DNA of 64,000 nucleotides from positions 1 through 64,000 of IMG/VR virus record IMGVR_UViG_3300011271_000003. One strand, 5' to 3'. The stretch comes from a virus. Shown piece by piece: positions 63,911 through 64,000 of this stretch (positions within the stretch are counted from its first letter, which is position 1; each line of letters opens with the position of its first letter). A program made the translations under genes and the position numbers. The notes below the pieces were generated by a model that searched no databases, had not been told where the DNA came from, and saw only the letters and a list, made by a program, of their open reading frames with translations.

Positions 63911-64000
63911 GTCAGCTCACAACCAGTGTAGGAATTCGCTCGTGTATCCCAGCGTGACACAGAGGAAGAATAGTCCAGGGCATATCCAGCGGTTACGCGG

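Noticed and set aside
1-64000. Genome-wide stop-codon reassignment (TAG readthrough)
   Set aside because: Long genes are intact under the standard code and several end in TAG (e.g. helicase, 6026-7036); only one internal TAG was noted.
10600-64000. Many plus-strand ORFs in the ORF track
   Set aside because: They are antisense shadows of tiled minus-strand genes, with no recognisable motifs.

Overview
A 64-kb piece of a tailed (siphovirus-like) phage genome. The host is most likely a filamentous actinomycete, judging from a DUF397/BldB-family gene, an actinobacterial transglycosylase domain in the tape measure, and strong TTA-codon avoidance. Positions 1-10.5 kb (+ strand) hold the tail and lysis module, including a tail assembly chaperone with a canonical -1 slippery site. 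A hairpin near 10.55 kb separates this from a ~53-kb minus-strand arm. That arm encodes: a RuvC-like resolvase, a UDG-fused family A DNA polymerase, a 7-deazaguanine DNA-modification cluster (TGT/DpdA-like, folE, queE, queD, queC, MazG-like enzymes, DJ-1/PfpI), a primase, an SSB-like protein, an AAA ATPase, a Cas4/PD-(D/E)XK nuclease, an SNF2 helicase, PolX, an ATP-dependent ligase and a ParB-like protein. It also has four inteins, about nine free-standing HNH/AP2 genes, four sigma70-type promoters and a ~1.2-kb highly structured non-coding region with tRNA-like elements. The most striking signal is in three genes (queE, DJ-1/PfpI and the Cas4-like nuclease). Each has a short insert of 8, 5 or 12 nt that starts with a TTA codon, and removing it restores the expected protein. 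Two of these inserts lie just downstream of a free-standing HNH gene. This suggests rare-codon (UUA/bldA)-triggered ribosome bypassing linked to homing endonucleases. All assignments come from reading motifs by eye; no database searches were run.
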